Part shown: positions 1 to 8,177 of the stretch, piece after piece
Numbering within the stretch: position 1 is the first letter of the stretch
How the letters are laid out: the number at the start of each line of letters is the position of its first letter
Assembly (NCBI GenBank): GCA_050694075.1
Contig: JBOGWZ010000001.1
Span: 1 to 41,685 of the forward strand
Direction: 5' to 3'
Source of the DNA: Actinomycetota bacterium
GTDB lineage: Bacteria > Actinomycetota > CADDZG01 > WHSQ01
Length of the DNA: 41,685 nucleotides
Made by a program: the position numbers and the translations under genes
Notes under the pieces: model-generated
Database searches by the model: none
Seen by the model: the letters and a program-made list of their open reading frames with translations, nothing else
Told to the model about the DNA's origin: nothing

Positions 1-331
1 GCTTGAGCACCCTCCAGATCGTCGCGACCGACGGCGGCGACGGATCGCTCAGGCCGAGGTGGTAGTGGATCGTGCAGGCGCCGCCATCGAAGCCCCGCTC
101 GGTGAGCTCCTTTCGCAGCCGCACGATGTTGTCCTCGGTCTCGTCTTTGGTCCGGTGCGGGATCCGCCGCGCCGCCTTGGAGCGGGGGGCGAGTGCCTCG
201 TAGCCCCCCGATCGGTAGCGGGCGACGAGCTTGGCGACCCAGCTCTTTGACACCCCATGGGCCCCGGCGACCTCCCGATAGCTCCGCCCCTCCACCACCA
301 CCGCGTCGACCACGTAGCGAGCCACATCCAA
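1..331 (-). mobile_element. IS481-family-like (rve/DDE) transposase, N-terminal HTH part only; the gene continues past the left window edge
   Basis: Own minus-strand translation, in a frame absent from the ORF track because there is no stop in the window: LDVARYVVDAVVVEGRSYREVAGAHGVSKSWVAKLVARYRSGGYEALAPRSKAARRIPHRTKDETEDNIVRLRKELTERGFDGGACTIHYHLG..PPSVATIWRVLK. The HTH plus the 'L.PRS..P...P' linker is typical of IS481/IS3-type transposase N-termini. TTG at 329-331 is preceded by GGGAGG (338-343, minus strand) with a 6-nt spacer. Confidence 0.7.
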
Positions 332-424
332 TGGACACCTCCCTGATAGGTGTCCACGATGCTCCGCGACAGGCGTCCACTATCCGGTGAAATCACACAC
401 CTCCCGCCCTGCTCGTCGCCCTTT

Positions 425-478
425 GTCTGCACATCCCGGCACTTTTTCGGGCGCGCGAAACTACCGGGATGTGCAGAC
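425..478. repeat. Perfect 15-bp inverted repeat (gtctgcacatcccgg / ccgggatgtgcagac) with a 24-nt spacer, between the transposase start and secE
   Basis: Read directly: 425-439 is the exact reverse complement of 464-478. The spacer contains a smaller tttcg/cgaaa stem. Function unknown; it could be an IS terminal/subterminal structure, a terminator or an operator. Confidence 0.9.
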
Positions 479-516
479 GAAACGGCGTCGCCAAGGGTGC
501 CACCCGGCCCTCGACG

Positions 517-525
517 TGCTAATCT
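517..525 (+). promoter_or_regulatory. Possible extended -10 element (TGcTAATCT) upstream of secE
   Basis: TG-n-TAATCT at 517-525, about 65 nt upstream of the secE GTG. No convincing -35 element. Confidence 0.25.
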
Positions 526-589
526 CGGTACTCACCCCCCGTAGCTCGGACTCTTACCGAACGCGTCCGGGAAGCCGAGGAGAGGGCCC

Positions 590-886
590 GTGAACAGGCA
601 GTACAAGCGGATGATGAAGCGCCAGGAGGCGGCCAAGCAACGCGCCGCTCCTCGTCCCGTCCAGAAGGCCCCCGGCGCGCCCGCCAAGAAGGAGCGCACC
701 AAGCCGCGTCAGTTCATCAGGGAGGTGATCGCCGAGCTTCAGAAGGTGAACTGGCCGACGCGTCCAGAGGTCGTCGCGTACTCACTTGTCGTGCTCGTCA
801 GCGTGGTCGTGATCGCGTCGCTCATCTTCGGCATGGACTACGTGTTCACGAACGCGATCCTGACCTTGTTCGGAGTGGAGACATGA
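590..886 (+). CDS. secE: Preprotein translocase subunit SecE
   Basis: 98 aa with a GTG start after GAGGAGAGGG. Basic N-tail, [10 protein letters not shown] motif and a single C-terminal TM ([21 protein letters not shown]). ATGA overlap with nusG. Confidence 0.9.
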   Translation: MNRQYKRMMKRQEAAKQRAAPRPVQKAPGAPAKKERTKPRQFIREVIAELQKVNWPTRPEVVAYSLVVLVSVVVIASLIFGMDYVFTNAILTLFGVET

Positions 887-1899
887 CCGAGACCCATACC
901 GAGCAGGAGCGTAAGCAAGAGGCGGAGCAGGAGCCGGCTCCAGAGGATGTCGGCGCGACCCCCGAAGCTCCCATCGAGGATCCCGAGCCCGAGGGCGAGC
1001 CCATCGTCGAAGGAGAGCCTCAGCCCGCGGCCGAGGTCGCGGTCCAGGACGAGACTCCCGACGAGGAGCCGGCCCCCGATCCCGAGGCATCGGATGCCGA
1101 GGCTACCGAGCAGGCCGAGGCGGCCGCGGCCCCCGAGGCGCTCGTCGAACAGCCCGAGCCCGGTCCCGAGCCCGACGTGATCCAGGCGGACGCGGCCCTG
1201 GAGGCGCGCGCCGAACCCGCGACCGATACCGAGGCCGAGGCGATCGCCGAAGCCGACGTGCAGGCCGCTGAGGCCGCCGAGGTCCCTGCGCCGGCGGAGG
1301 CGGCGGCCGCCCCCGCGGAGCCGGTGGCCGAAGAGGAGGAAGAGGTACGCATCGTCCCTCCGACCGAGCGACCGGGTCAGTGGTACGTGATCCACACTTA
1401 CGCCGGCTACGAGAATCGCGTCCAGGCCAACCTCAGATCGCGCATCTCCTCGATGAACGCCGAGGATCGCGTATTCGAGGTTGTGATCCCGATGGAAGAC
1501 GTCATGGAGATAAAACAGGGGCGCAAGCAGGTGGTGCAGAAGAAGGTGTTCCCCGGTTATCTCCTGGTGCGGATGTACCTCGACGACGACTCCTGGCGTG
1601 TCGTGCGCGAGACCCCCGGGGTCACCGGCTTCGTGGGCTCGGGTGCCAAGCCGACACCTCTCTCGGACAAGGAGATCGATCGCATCCTCGGCGTCAAGCC
1701 CGAGGACAAGAAGAAGCTCAAGCCGCGGCTCGAGTTCGAGGAGCAGGAGTCGGTCCGAGTGATCTCCGGTCCGTTCGCGAACTTCACCGGGACGATCTCC
1801 GAGATCAACGTCGACCAGTCCAAGCTAAAGGTGCTCGTGAACATCTTCGGTCGGGAGACGCCGGTGGAGCTCGGCTTCGACCAGGTCGCGAAGCTCTAG
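883..1899 (+). CDS. nusG: Transcription termination/antitermination factor NusG with a ~165-aa acidic N-terminal extension
   Basis: NGN domain ([25 protein letters not shown]) and KOW domain ([20 protein letters not shown]). The start at 883 is inferred from the ATGA overlap with secE. An in-frame GTG at 1258 is an alternative start. Confidence 0.9.
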   Translation: MTETHTEQERKQEAEQEPAPEDVGATPEAPIEDPEPEGEPIVEGEPQPAAEVAVQDETPDEEPAPDPEASDAEATEQAEAAAAPEALVEQPEPGPEPDVIQADAALEARAEPATDTEAEAIAEADVQAAEAAEVPAPAEAAAAPAEPVAEEEEEVRIVPPTERPGQWYVIHTYAGYENRVQANLRSRISSMNAEDRVFEVVIPMEDVMEIKQGRKQVVQKKVFPGYLLVRMYLDDDSWRVVRETPGVTGFVGSGAKPTPLSDKEIDRILGVKPEDKKKLKPRLEFEEQESVRVISGPFANFTGTISEINVDQSKLKVLVNIFGRETPVELGFDQVAKL

Positions 1900-1908
1900 G
1901 GAGAAGAC

Positions 1909-2343
1909 GTGCCCAACGGTCGGCGCAAGAAGGTCATCCAGGTGCTGAAGCTCCAGATCCCCGCGGGGCAGGCGACGCCGGCGCCACCGGTCGGCCCGGC
2001 GCTGGGCCAGGCCGGCATCAACATCATGGAGTTCTGCAAGCAGTACAACGCCGAGACCCAGCAGCAGACGGGGACGATCGTGCCCGTCGAGATCACCGTG
2101 TACGAGGACCGCTCCTTTAGCTTCATAACCAAGACCCCGCCGGCCGCAGTTCTGCTCAGGCAGAAGGCCAGGGTCGAGAAGGGCTCGGCCGAACCGAACC
2201 GCGACAAGGTGGGCCGGGTGACGCGCGATCAAGTGCGGGAGATAGCGGAGATCAAGATGCCCGATCTCAACGCCAACGACATCGAAGCCGCAATGAAGAT
2301 CATCGAGGGCACGGCCAGGAGCATGGGCATAGAGGTCGCATAA
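1909..2343 (+). CDS. rplK: 50S ribosomal protein L11
   Basis: [39 protein letters not shown] start after GGGAGAAG. Conserved position after nusG. Confidence 0.95.
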   Translation: MPNGRRKKVIQVLKLQIPAGQATPAPPVGPALGQAGINIMEFCKQYNAETQQQTGTIVPVEITVYEDRSFSFITKTPPAAVLLRQKARVEKGSAEPNRDKVGRVTRDQVREIAEIKMPDLNANDIEAAMKIIEGTARSMGIEVA

Positions 2344-2400
2344 CATTTCGTTCGGTGGGAGGCGGCCGGCGGCCGCCGCTCGGACCACGAGGAGGACGAC

Positions 2401-3126
2401 ATGGCAAGGCCGGGAAAGCGCTACCGCGAGGCCCTCGAGAAGCTCGATCGAGACACCCTGTACGCCCCGCGCGACGCGATCCGGTTGCTCAATGGTTTTC
2501 CGGACTCGAAGTTCGACGAGACGGTCGAGCTCAACGTTCGCCTGGGAGTGGACCCGCGCAAGGCCGATCAGATGGTCAGGGGCGCGATCTCGCTTCCCAA
2601 GGGGACGGGCAAGGCGATCCGGGTCGCGGTGTTCGCCAAGGGCGAGAAGGCGAAGGAGGCGAAGGACGCGGGCGCGGACGTGATCGGCGACGATGATCTC
2701 GCCGAGCGGATCAACTCCGGCTGGCTCGAGTTCGACGCGGCGGTCGCCACTCCAGACATGATGCCGGTCGTGGGGAAACTCGGTCGCGTCCTCGGTCCCC
2801 GCGGGCTGATGCCGAACCCGAAGTCCGGCACGGTGACCGACGATGTGGCGAAGGCCGTCGGCGATCTCAAGGGAGGCCTGGTCGAGTACCGCACCGACCG
2901 CCACGGCAACCTGCACATGATCATCGGCAAGAAGTCGTTCTCCGAGGAAGACCTCGCGGAGAACTATCTGACGGTGATGGACGAGGTGCTGCGCGCCAAG
3001 CCGGCCTCCTCCAAGGGCCGTTACCTGCGGAGCGTGACGCTCTCGACGACGATGGGACCGGGGATCCGGATCGACCCGGCCAAGGCGAAGGACCTCGAGG
3101 AGACCGAGCTCCAGCCTACTGGCTGA
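2401..3126 (+). CDS. rplA: 50S ribosomal protein L1
   Basis: 241 aa. [14 protein letters not shown].., ..[31 protein letters not shown]... Conserved position after rplK. Confidence 0.95.
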   Translation: MARPGKRYREALEKLDRDTLYAPRDAIRLLNGFPDSKFDETVELNVRLGVDPRKADQMVRGAISLPKGTGKAIRVAVFAKGEKAKEAKDAGADVIGDDDLAERINSGWLEFDAAVATPDMMPVVGKLGRVLGPRGLMPNPKSGTVTDDVAKAVGDLKGGLVEYRTDRHGNLHMIIGKKSFSEEDLAENYLTVMDEVLRAKPASSKGRYLRSVTLSTTMGPGIRIDPAKAKDLEETELQPTG

Positions 3127-3288
3127 GGGTCCGCGCCTTCGTTTCGAGCTCGGCGGGATCCGCGCTCTGCTATCCTGCGTCCCGAGCCGAAGACCGCCGG
3201 GGGCCGCGGGCCTTAATCAGCCGGCGCAGGCCGAGAGCTTGCAGCGCGGTCGCTTCGGCGGCCGTTTTTCTTTGAAGAAGGGAGCAGC
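3127..3288 (+). promoter_or_regulatory. rplJ (L10) leader region with an attenuator-type hairpin
   Basis: 162-nt non-coding gap before rplJ. It ends in a UUCG-capped hairpin plus U-tract immediately 5' of the rplJ SD (GAAGGGAG). L10(L12)n-responsive leaders are known at this position. Confidence 0.45.
3247..3273 (+). terminator. Intrinsic terminator/attenuator hairpin in the rplJ leader
   Basis: cggtcgc-ttcg-gcggccg (7-bp stem including one G.U pair, UUCG tetraloop) followed by tttttcttt (3265-3273). Confidence 0.55.
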
Positions 3289-4047
3289 GTGCCGAGACCC
3301 GACAAGCAGCAGGCGGTCAAGGAGATCGCCGAGCGGTTCTCGAGCGTGGGCGCGGCCCTGCTGACGGAGTACCGCGGGCTCTCCGTCGGCGAGATGGCCG
3401 AGGTGCGCACGGCGCTGCGTCAGGCCGAGGCCGACTACCGGGTCATCAAGAACACCCTCGCTCGTATCGCCTTGCGCGACGTCGGGCTCGAGGAACTGGT
3501 TGCGATGCTCGAAGGCCCGACGGCGGTGGCCTTCTGCCGCGGCGACGCGGTGGAGGCTGCGAAGGCTCTCGACGATGCCTCCAGGAAGTTCCCCGTCCTA
3601 GTCATCAAGGGAGGGGTCCTGAACGGTCGCATCGTCAGCGCCGACCAGGCCAGGGAGCTGGCCCGGCTGGAATCGCGCGAGGTGCAGCTCGCGAAGATCG
3701 CGATGCTTGCGAACTCGCCGCTGCAGCAGACGGTGAACGCGTTCGCCGCACTGCTCAGAGATCTCGGGTCGATGCTGGCCCAGGTGTTGCAAGAGAAAGA
3801 GGCCGCCGAGCCGGAACCGGAGGCCGCCGAGCCCGAACCGGAGGCCGCCGAGCCCGAACCGGAGGCCGCCGAGCCGGAACCGGAGGCCGCCGAGCCGGAA
3901 CCGGAGGCCGCCGGGCCGGAACCGGAGGCCGCCGGCGCCGAGGTTCCCACCGAGGCGAGTGCCGAGGAGACGGAAACCCCCGATGAGAGCGAAGCCGGCC
4001 AACAGGAGACCGAACCCGCGGCAGAGGAAGAGTCGAAGGAGGAGTAG
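3289..4047 (+). CDS. rplJ: 50S ribosomal protein L10 with an ~85-aa acidic repeat-containing C-terminal tail
   Basis: 252 aa with a GTG start. The L10 core ([28 protein letters not shown]..) is followed by (AAEPEPE)n and an E/T/A-rich tail. rplL begins 3 nt after the stop, and its SD (GAAGGAGGAG) lies inside the tail. Confidence 0.9.
   Translation: MPRPDKQQAVKEIAERFSSVGAALLTEYRGLSVGEMAEVRTALRQAEADYRVIKNTLARIALRDVGLEELVAMLEGPTAVAFCRGDAVEAAKALDDASRKFPVLVIKGGVLNGRIVSADQARELARLESREVQLAKIAMLANSPLQQTVNAFAALLRDLGSMLAQVLQEKEAAEPEPEAAEPEPEAAEPEPEAAEPEPEAAEPEPEAAGPEPEAAGAEVPTEASAEETETPDESEAGQQETEPAAEEESKEE
3802..3942 (+). repeat. Tandem 21-bp coding repeat, 6 full units plus 1 partial (gccgccgagccggaaccggag), encoding AAEPEPE
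   Basis: Units at 3802, 3823, 3844, 3865, 3886 and 3907, plus a partial unit at 3928-3942. The units differ only at 1-2 positions. In frame within rplJ. Confidence 0.95.
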
Positions 4048-4049
4048 GT

Positions 4050-4448
4050 ATGGCGAAGACCGTGTCTCAAGACGACGTTCTCGAAGCGATTTCCGGGTGG
4101 ACTGTGCTCGAGCTGTCGGAGTTCGTGAAAGCGTTCGAGGACAAGTTCGGGGTGAGCGCGGCGGCGCCGGTCGCAGTAGCGGCACCGGGTGCGGCGGCTG
4201 CGGGCGCCGGTGCAGAGGCCGCGGCCGTGGAGGAGCAGGACGAGTTCGACGTCGTCCTGGCGTCCGCCGGTGACAAGAAGATCCAGGTGATCAAGGAGGT
4301 TCGGGCGCTGACGAGTCTCGGTCTGAAGGAAGCCAAGGACCTCGTCGACTCGGCCCCCAAGCCGGTGCTCGAGAAGGTCAACAAGGAACAGGCCGACGAG
4401 GCCAAGGGCAAGCTCGAGGCCGCCGGCGCCACAGTCGAGCTCAAGTAA
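4050..4448 (+). CDS. rplL: 50S ribosomal protein L7/L12
   Basis: 132 aa. N-terminal dimerisation helix, Ala-rich hinge and C-terminal domain [33 protein letters not shown]. Confidence 0.95.
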   Translation: MAKTVSQDDVLEAISGWTVLELSEFVKAFEDKFGVSAAAPVAVAAPGAAAAGAGAEAAAVEEQDEFDVVLASAGDKKIQVIKEVRALTSLGLKEAKDLVDSAPKPVLEKVNKEQADEAKGKLEAAGATVELK

Positions 4449-4506
4449 CCACCCGCCGAGCTGGGTCTCAGCCCCCCCATAGGGGCGCTCAAATGCAAGT
4501 CGGCAT

Positions 4507-4532
4507 GGGGGTCCGCGGGAATAGGGGCGGGG
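4507..4532 (+). other. Canonical G-quadruplex-type motif (G5-N5-G3-N4-G4-N1-G4) in the rplL-rpoB intergenic region
   Basis: gggggtccgcgggaataggggcgggg read directly. A C7 run lies about 30 nt upstream. Confidence 0.5.
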
Positions 4533-4541
4533 CGTCGGCGG

Positions 4542-4570
4542 TTGACTTACTCCGGAACCGGGCATAGGGT
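4542..4570 (+). promoter_or_regulatory. Promoter-like element P1 upstream of rpoB (TTGACT-17-TAGGGT)
   Basis: -35 TTGACT at 4542-4547, 17-nt spacer, -10 TAGGGT at 4565-4570. Confidence 0.3.
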
Positions 4571-4631
4571 TTCGGACTAGTCAGCAGCAAGGAGAATCGA
4601 TACAGGCTCTGACCCGCTTCAAGCATCATGC

Positions 4632-4661
4632 TTGACGCCGGTGTAGGCGCGTGCCTATACT
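4632..4661 (+). promoter_or_regulatory. Promoter-like element P2 upstream of rpoB (TTGACG-18-TATACT)
   Basis: -35 TTGACG at 4632-4637, 18-nt spacer, -10 TATACT at 4656-4661. It lies inside the spurious 5' extension of the track ORF 4651-8169. Confidence 0.5.
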
Positions 4662-4821
4662 GGCGCTTACCTGTGCCCAGCCCCCGCTCGCTCCAGTCCT
4701 TTGTCGCGCGGCTCAGAACCGCCCGGAGGAACCCGGCTGGGGATCGTCCGGCCAGCGGCTCCCTCGCCCCTGGACGGATGGCTTCAAGTTAGCCGTTCGG
4801 CACTTTGAGGAGGAGGCTCGT

Positions 4822-7800
4822 TTGTCGTTCAATGCCCTGCGCGAACGCCGTTCTTTCGCCAAGCTCGAAGAAGTCCTCCCGCCCCCCAACCTCGTATCCG
4901 TACAGAAGGAATCGTTCGACTGGTTCCTGAACGAAGGTCTGGCAGACACGCTGGGTGACATCTCACCCATCGAGGACTTCACCGGGAACCTAGCGCTTCT
5001 GTTCGAGGGGCATCGCTTCGAGGAACCGAAGTTCGATGAGGACGAGTGCAAGGCGAAGGATCTCGACTACTCGCGTCCGTTGTTCGTGACGGCTACGTTC
5101 GCGAACAAAGAAACGGGCGAGATCAAGACCCAGTCGGTCTTCATGGGCGATTTCCCGATGATGACCGGCAAGGGCACGTTCATCATCAATGGGACCGAGC
5201 GAGTGGTGGTCAGCCAGCTCGTGCGGTCGCCGGGGGTCTATTTCGACCGTAGCGTGGACAAGACGACCGATAAGGACATCTTCGGATGCAAGATCATCCC
5301 GGCGCGCGGCGCCTGGCTCGAATTCGACACAGATAAGCGCGACACGATCGGTGTCCGTATCGACCGCAAGCGGCGCCAGTACGCGACGGTGTTGCTGAAG
5401 GCGCTCGGCTACAGCGAGGAAGAGATCCTCGACCTTTTCGACGGCGCCGAGTCGATCCGGCTCACCTTCGAGCGCGATCCGATCCAGGGCCAAGAAGAGG
5501 CTCTTATGGACGTCTACCGAAAGCTGCGGCCGGGCGAGCCTCCCACCGTGGAGAGCGCGAGCAACCTGCTGAACAACCTGTTCTTCAATTCAAAGCGCTA
5601 CGACCTGGCGCGGGTGGGGCGCTACAAGGTCAACAAGAAGCTTGGTTTCGAATTCGACGAGAAGACTCTGAAGCAGACGGGAACGGTGCTCCGCAACGAC
5701 GACATCGTTGCGACTATGCAGTACCTCGTCCGGCTGCACGCCGGTGACCCCGAGTGCGACGTCGACGACATCGATCATTTCGGCAACCGCCGCGTGCGCC
5801 CGGTGGGCGAGCTGCTGCAGAACCAGATCCGCGTCGGGCTTTCGCGCATGGAGCGCGTGGTGAAGGAGCGGATGACCACCCAGGACGTCGAGGCCATTAC
5901 TCCGCAGACGCTCATCAACATCCGTCCCGTAGTGGCTTCGATCAAGGAATTCTTCGGTTCATCCCAGCTCAGCCAGTTCATGGACCAGACGAACCCGCTC
6001 GCGGGCCTCACTCACCGCCGGCGGCTGTCGGCGTTGGGTCCCGGTGGCCTGAGCCGCGAGAGAGCCGGGTTCGAGGTACGCGACGTCCACCCGTCCCACT
6101 ACGGACGGATGTGCCCGATCGAGACTCCCGAGGGCCCGAACATCGGGCTGATCGCGTCGCTGTCGACCTACGCGCGCCTCAACCGCTACGGGTTCATCGA
6201 GACCCCGTATCGGCAGGTCCAGAACGGTCGGGTCTCGGCCGAGATCGTCTACCTCACGGCCGATGAGGAGGACCGAGCGATCATCGCTCAGGCGAACGCT
6301 CCGGTGGACACCCGCGGACGCTTCGCCGAGGAGAAGGTGCTGGTGCGCGCCCGCCACAACGAGCTCGAGTGGGTGGCGCCGGACGAGGTCGAGTACATGG
6401 ACGTCTCGCCGAAGCAGATCGTCTCGGTCTCGGCGGCCTGCATCCCGTTCCTCGAGCACGACGACGCCAACCGAGCGCTGATGGGCGCCAACATGCAGCG
6501 CCAGGCGGTGCCTCTGCTGACGCCGCAGGCACCGATCGTCGGCACCGGCCTGGAGTACCGCGCCGCGATCGACGCCGGCGATGTTGTCATCGCCGGGGAG
6601 AACGGGACCGTGAACGAGGTCTCCGCCGAGAAGATTGTTCTCTCTACGAACAACGGAGCGCGCGAATACGAGCTCGAGAAATTCCGGCGCTCCAACCAGT
6701 CCACGTGCATGAACCAGCGTCCGCTCGTGAGTGTGGGCCAGAAGGTCAAGAAGGGGGACATCCTCGCCGACGGTGCATCGACCGACAACGGGGAGCTCGC
6801 GCTCGGCGCGAACCTGATCGTCGCGTTCATGTCGTGGGAGGGATACAACTTCGAGGACGCGATCATCGTGTCGGAGCGTCTCGTGAAGGAAGACCTTCTC
6901 ACCTCGATCCACATCGAGGAGTACGAGATCGAGGCGCGCGATACCAAGCTCGGCCCCGAAGAGATCACGCGGGACATCCCGAACGTCTCCGAGGAAGTGC
7001 TTGCCGACCTCGACGAGCGCGGCATCGTTCGCATCGGCGCCGACGTCGGGCCTGGGGATGTGCTCGTGGGGAAGGTGACTCCCAAGGGAGAGACCGAGCT
7101 GACGCCGGAAGAGCGCCTCCTGCGCGCGATCTTCGGTGAGAAGGCGCGCGAGGTACGCGACACGTCGCTCAAGATGCCGCACGGTGAGTCCGGGAAAGTC
7201 ATCGGGGTGCGTGTGTTCTCCCGCGACATCGGTGACGAGCTGTCCCCGGGCGTCAATGAGTTGGTGCGCGTGTTCGTCGCACAGAAGCGGAAGATCCAGG
7301 AAGGTGACAAGCTCGCCGGTCGCCACGGGAACAAGGGCGTCATCTCGAAGATCCTTCCCGAGCAGGACATGCCGTTCCTGCCCGATGGGACGCCGGTCGA
7401 CATCATCCTGAATCCACTGGGAGTGCCGAGCCGCATGAACCTCGGCCAGGTGCTCGAGGCCCACCTCGGCTGGGCGGCCAAGATGCGGTGGGAGGACGGA
7501 GCGATCAACGGTGCGGAGCCGGGCGTGTGGAGGGACACCACCCCGACGTTCGTCGCCACCCCCGTCTTCGATGGGGCCAAGGAGGACGAGATCCTGCAGG
7601 CGCTCGAGTCGGTGGCGGAACGCAAGACCGAGTACCCGCTCGTAAACAAGGTCGGCAAGGCGAGGCTGTTCGACGGACGATCGGGCGAGCCCTACGACAA
7701 CGAGATATCCATCGGCTTCATGTACATCCTGAAGCTCGTGCACATGGTGGACGACAAGATTCACGCGCGCTCCACGGGTCCGTACTCGATGATCACGCAG

Positions 7801-8169
7801 CAGCCGCTCGGCGGTAAGGCCCAGTTCGGGGGCCAGCGGTTCGGCGAGATGGAGGTGTGGGCGCTCGAGGCCTATGGGGCCTCCTACTGCCTGCAGGAGC
7901 TGCTAACGATCAAGTCCGACGACGTGCTGGGCCGCGTGAAGGTCTACGAGGCCGTCGTCAAGGGCGACAACATCCCCGAGCCCGGCATCCCCGAGAGTTT
8001 CAAGGTGCTCATCAAGGAGATGCAGTCGCTGTGCCTCAACGTCGAGGTGTTGTCGGCGGAGGGCGAAGAGATCGAGATGAAAGAGATCGACGAGGACATC
8101 TTCCGCACGGCGGAGGATCTCGGGATCGATCTTTCCCGCAGAGAGCCGTCTTCGGTCGAGGAGGTCTAA
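4822..8169 (+). CDS. rpoB: DNA-directed RNA polymerase subunit beta
   Basis: Motifs [17 protein letters not shown] (Rif cluster I), NMQRQAVPL and [13 protein letters not shown]. The start is re-assigned to in-frame TTG 4822, preceded by GAGGAGGAGG (4807-4816). The first 57 codons of the track ORF are non-conserved and contain the promoter. Confidence 0.95.
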   Translation: MSFNALRERRSFAKLEEVLPPPNLVSVQKESFDWFLNEGLADTLGDISPIEDFTGNLALLFEGHRFEEPKFDEDECKAKDLDYSRPLFVTATFANKETGEIKTQSVFMGDFPMMTGKGTFIINGTERVVVSQLVRSPGVYFDRSVDKTTDKDIFGCKIIPARGAWLEFDTDKRDTIGVRIDRKRRQYATVLLKALGYSEEEILDLFDGAESIRLTFERDPIQGQEEALMDVYRKLRPGEPPTVESASNLLNNLFFNSKRYDLARVGRYKVNKKLGFEFDEKTLKQTGTVLRNDDIVATMQYLVRLHAGDPECDVDDIDHFGNRRVRPVGELLQNQIRVGLSRMERVVKERMTTQDVEAITPQTLINIRPVVASIKEFFGSSQLSQFMDQTNPLAGLTHRRRLSALGPGGLSRERAGFEVRDVHPSHYGRMCPIETPEGPNIGLIASLSTYARLNRYGFIETPYRQVQNGRVSAEIVYLTADEEDRAIIAQANAPVDTRGRFAEEKVLVRARHNELEWVAPDEVEYMDVSPKQIVSVSAACIPFLEHDDANRALMGANMQRQAVPLLTPQAPIVGTGLEYRAAIDAGDVVIAGENGTVNEVSAEKIVLSTNNGAREYELEKFRRSNQSTCMNQRPLVSVGQKVKKGDILADGASTDNGELALGANLIVAFMSWEGYNFEDAIIVSERLVKEDLLTSIHIEEYEIEARDTKLGPEEITRDIPNVSEEVLADLDERGIVRIGADVGPGDVLVGKVTPKGETELTPEERLLRAIFGEKAREVRDTSLKMPHGESGKVIGVRVFSRDIGDELSPGVNELVRVFVAQKRKIQEGDKLAGRHGNKGVISKILPEQDMPFLPDGTPVDIILNPLGVPSRMNLGQVLEAHLGWAAKMRWEDGAINGAEPGVWRDTTPTFVATPVFDGAKEDEILQALESVAERKTEYPLVNKVGKARLFDGRSGEPYDNEISIGFMYILKLVHMVDDKIHARSTGPYSMITQQPLGGKAQFGGQRFGEMEVWALEAYGASYCLQELLTIKSDDVLGRVKVYEAVVKGDNIPEPGIPESFKVLIKEMQSLCLNVEVLSAEGEEIEMKEIDEDIFRTAEDLGIDLSRREPSSVEEV

Positions 8170-8177
8170 GACCACAC

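Noticed and set aside
49-432. The 127-aa minus-strand ORF at the left edge listed in the track.
   Set aside because: It is in the wrong frame. Another minus-strand frame, open to the window edge, gives a clean IS481-type transposase N-terminus with an SD and a TTG start at 331.
332-589. Search for the tRNA (for example tRNA-Trp) or rpmG that often precedes secE.
   Set aside because: I found no T-loop-like GTTCRANYC box, no cloverleaf-compatible arms and no L33-like small ORF. The only strong structure is the 15-bp inverted repeat, whose 24-nt loop is not tRNA-like.
3802-3942. Tandem repeats here and at 20360-20476, considered as a possible CRISPR array or a non-coding satellite.
   Set aside because: The units are directly adjacent with no spacers. 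They are 21 and 15 bp long (multiples of 3) and lie in frame inside rplJ and rplV. They are coding low-complexity repeats.
4627-4637. The 11-mer catgcttgacg is shared between the rpoB promoter region (4627-4637) and the rpoC start (8177-8187).
   Set aside because: At 8177 it simply encodes the Met-Leu-Asp of RpoC, and no -10 element follows at the right spacing. A single 11-nt coincidence in 41 kb is not compelling.
4651-4821. The 57-codon N-terminal extension of rpoB in the ORF track ([10 protein letters not shown]...).
   Set aside because: It is not conserved-looking and contains the near-consensus promoter at 4632-4661. In-frame TTG 4822 has a strong SD and begins the conserved RpoB N-terminus.
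5959-7764. 601-aa ORF antisense to rpoB. Similar long antisense or overlapping ORFs include 1825-2916, 3435-4565, 6288-7658, 9195-10694, 11052-12020, 19079-19858, 25031-26104, 37928-38977, 39567-40511 and 40186-41424.
   Set aside because: They are fully embedded in, and antisense or out of frame to, genes with unmistakable conserved products. Their translations are Arg/Leu/Gly/Asp/Pro-rich with no recognisable motif. Long spurious ORFs are expected in GC-rich DNA because stop codons are AT-rich.
7857-8177. The 107-codon N-terminal extension of rpoC in the ORF track.
   Set aside because: It overlaps the 3' end of rpoB in another frame and is Arg/Gly-rich nonsense. The conserved RpoC N-terminus ([15 protein letters not shown]) starts at ATG 8178. 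The same reasoning trims the track starts of rpsL (12522), fusA (13267), rplD (17625), rpmC (21883), rplE (23122), adk (27823), map (28076), infA (29389), the ECF sigma factor (40231) and the anti-sigma factor (40901).
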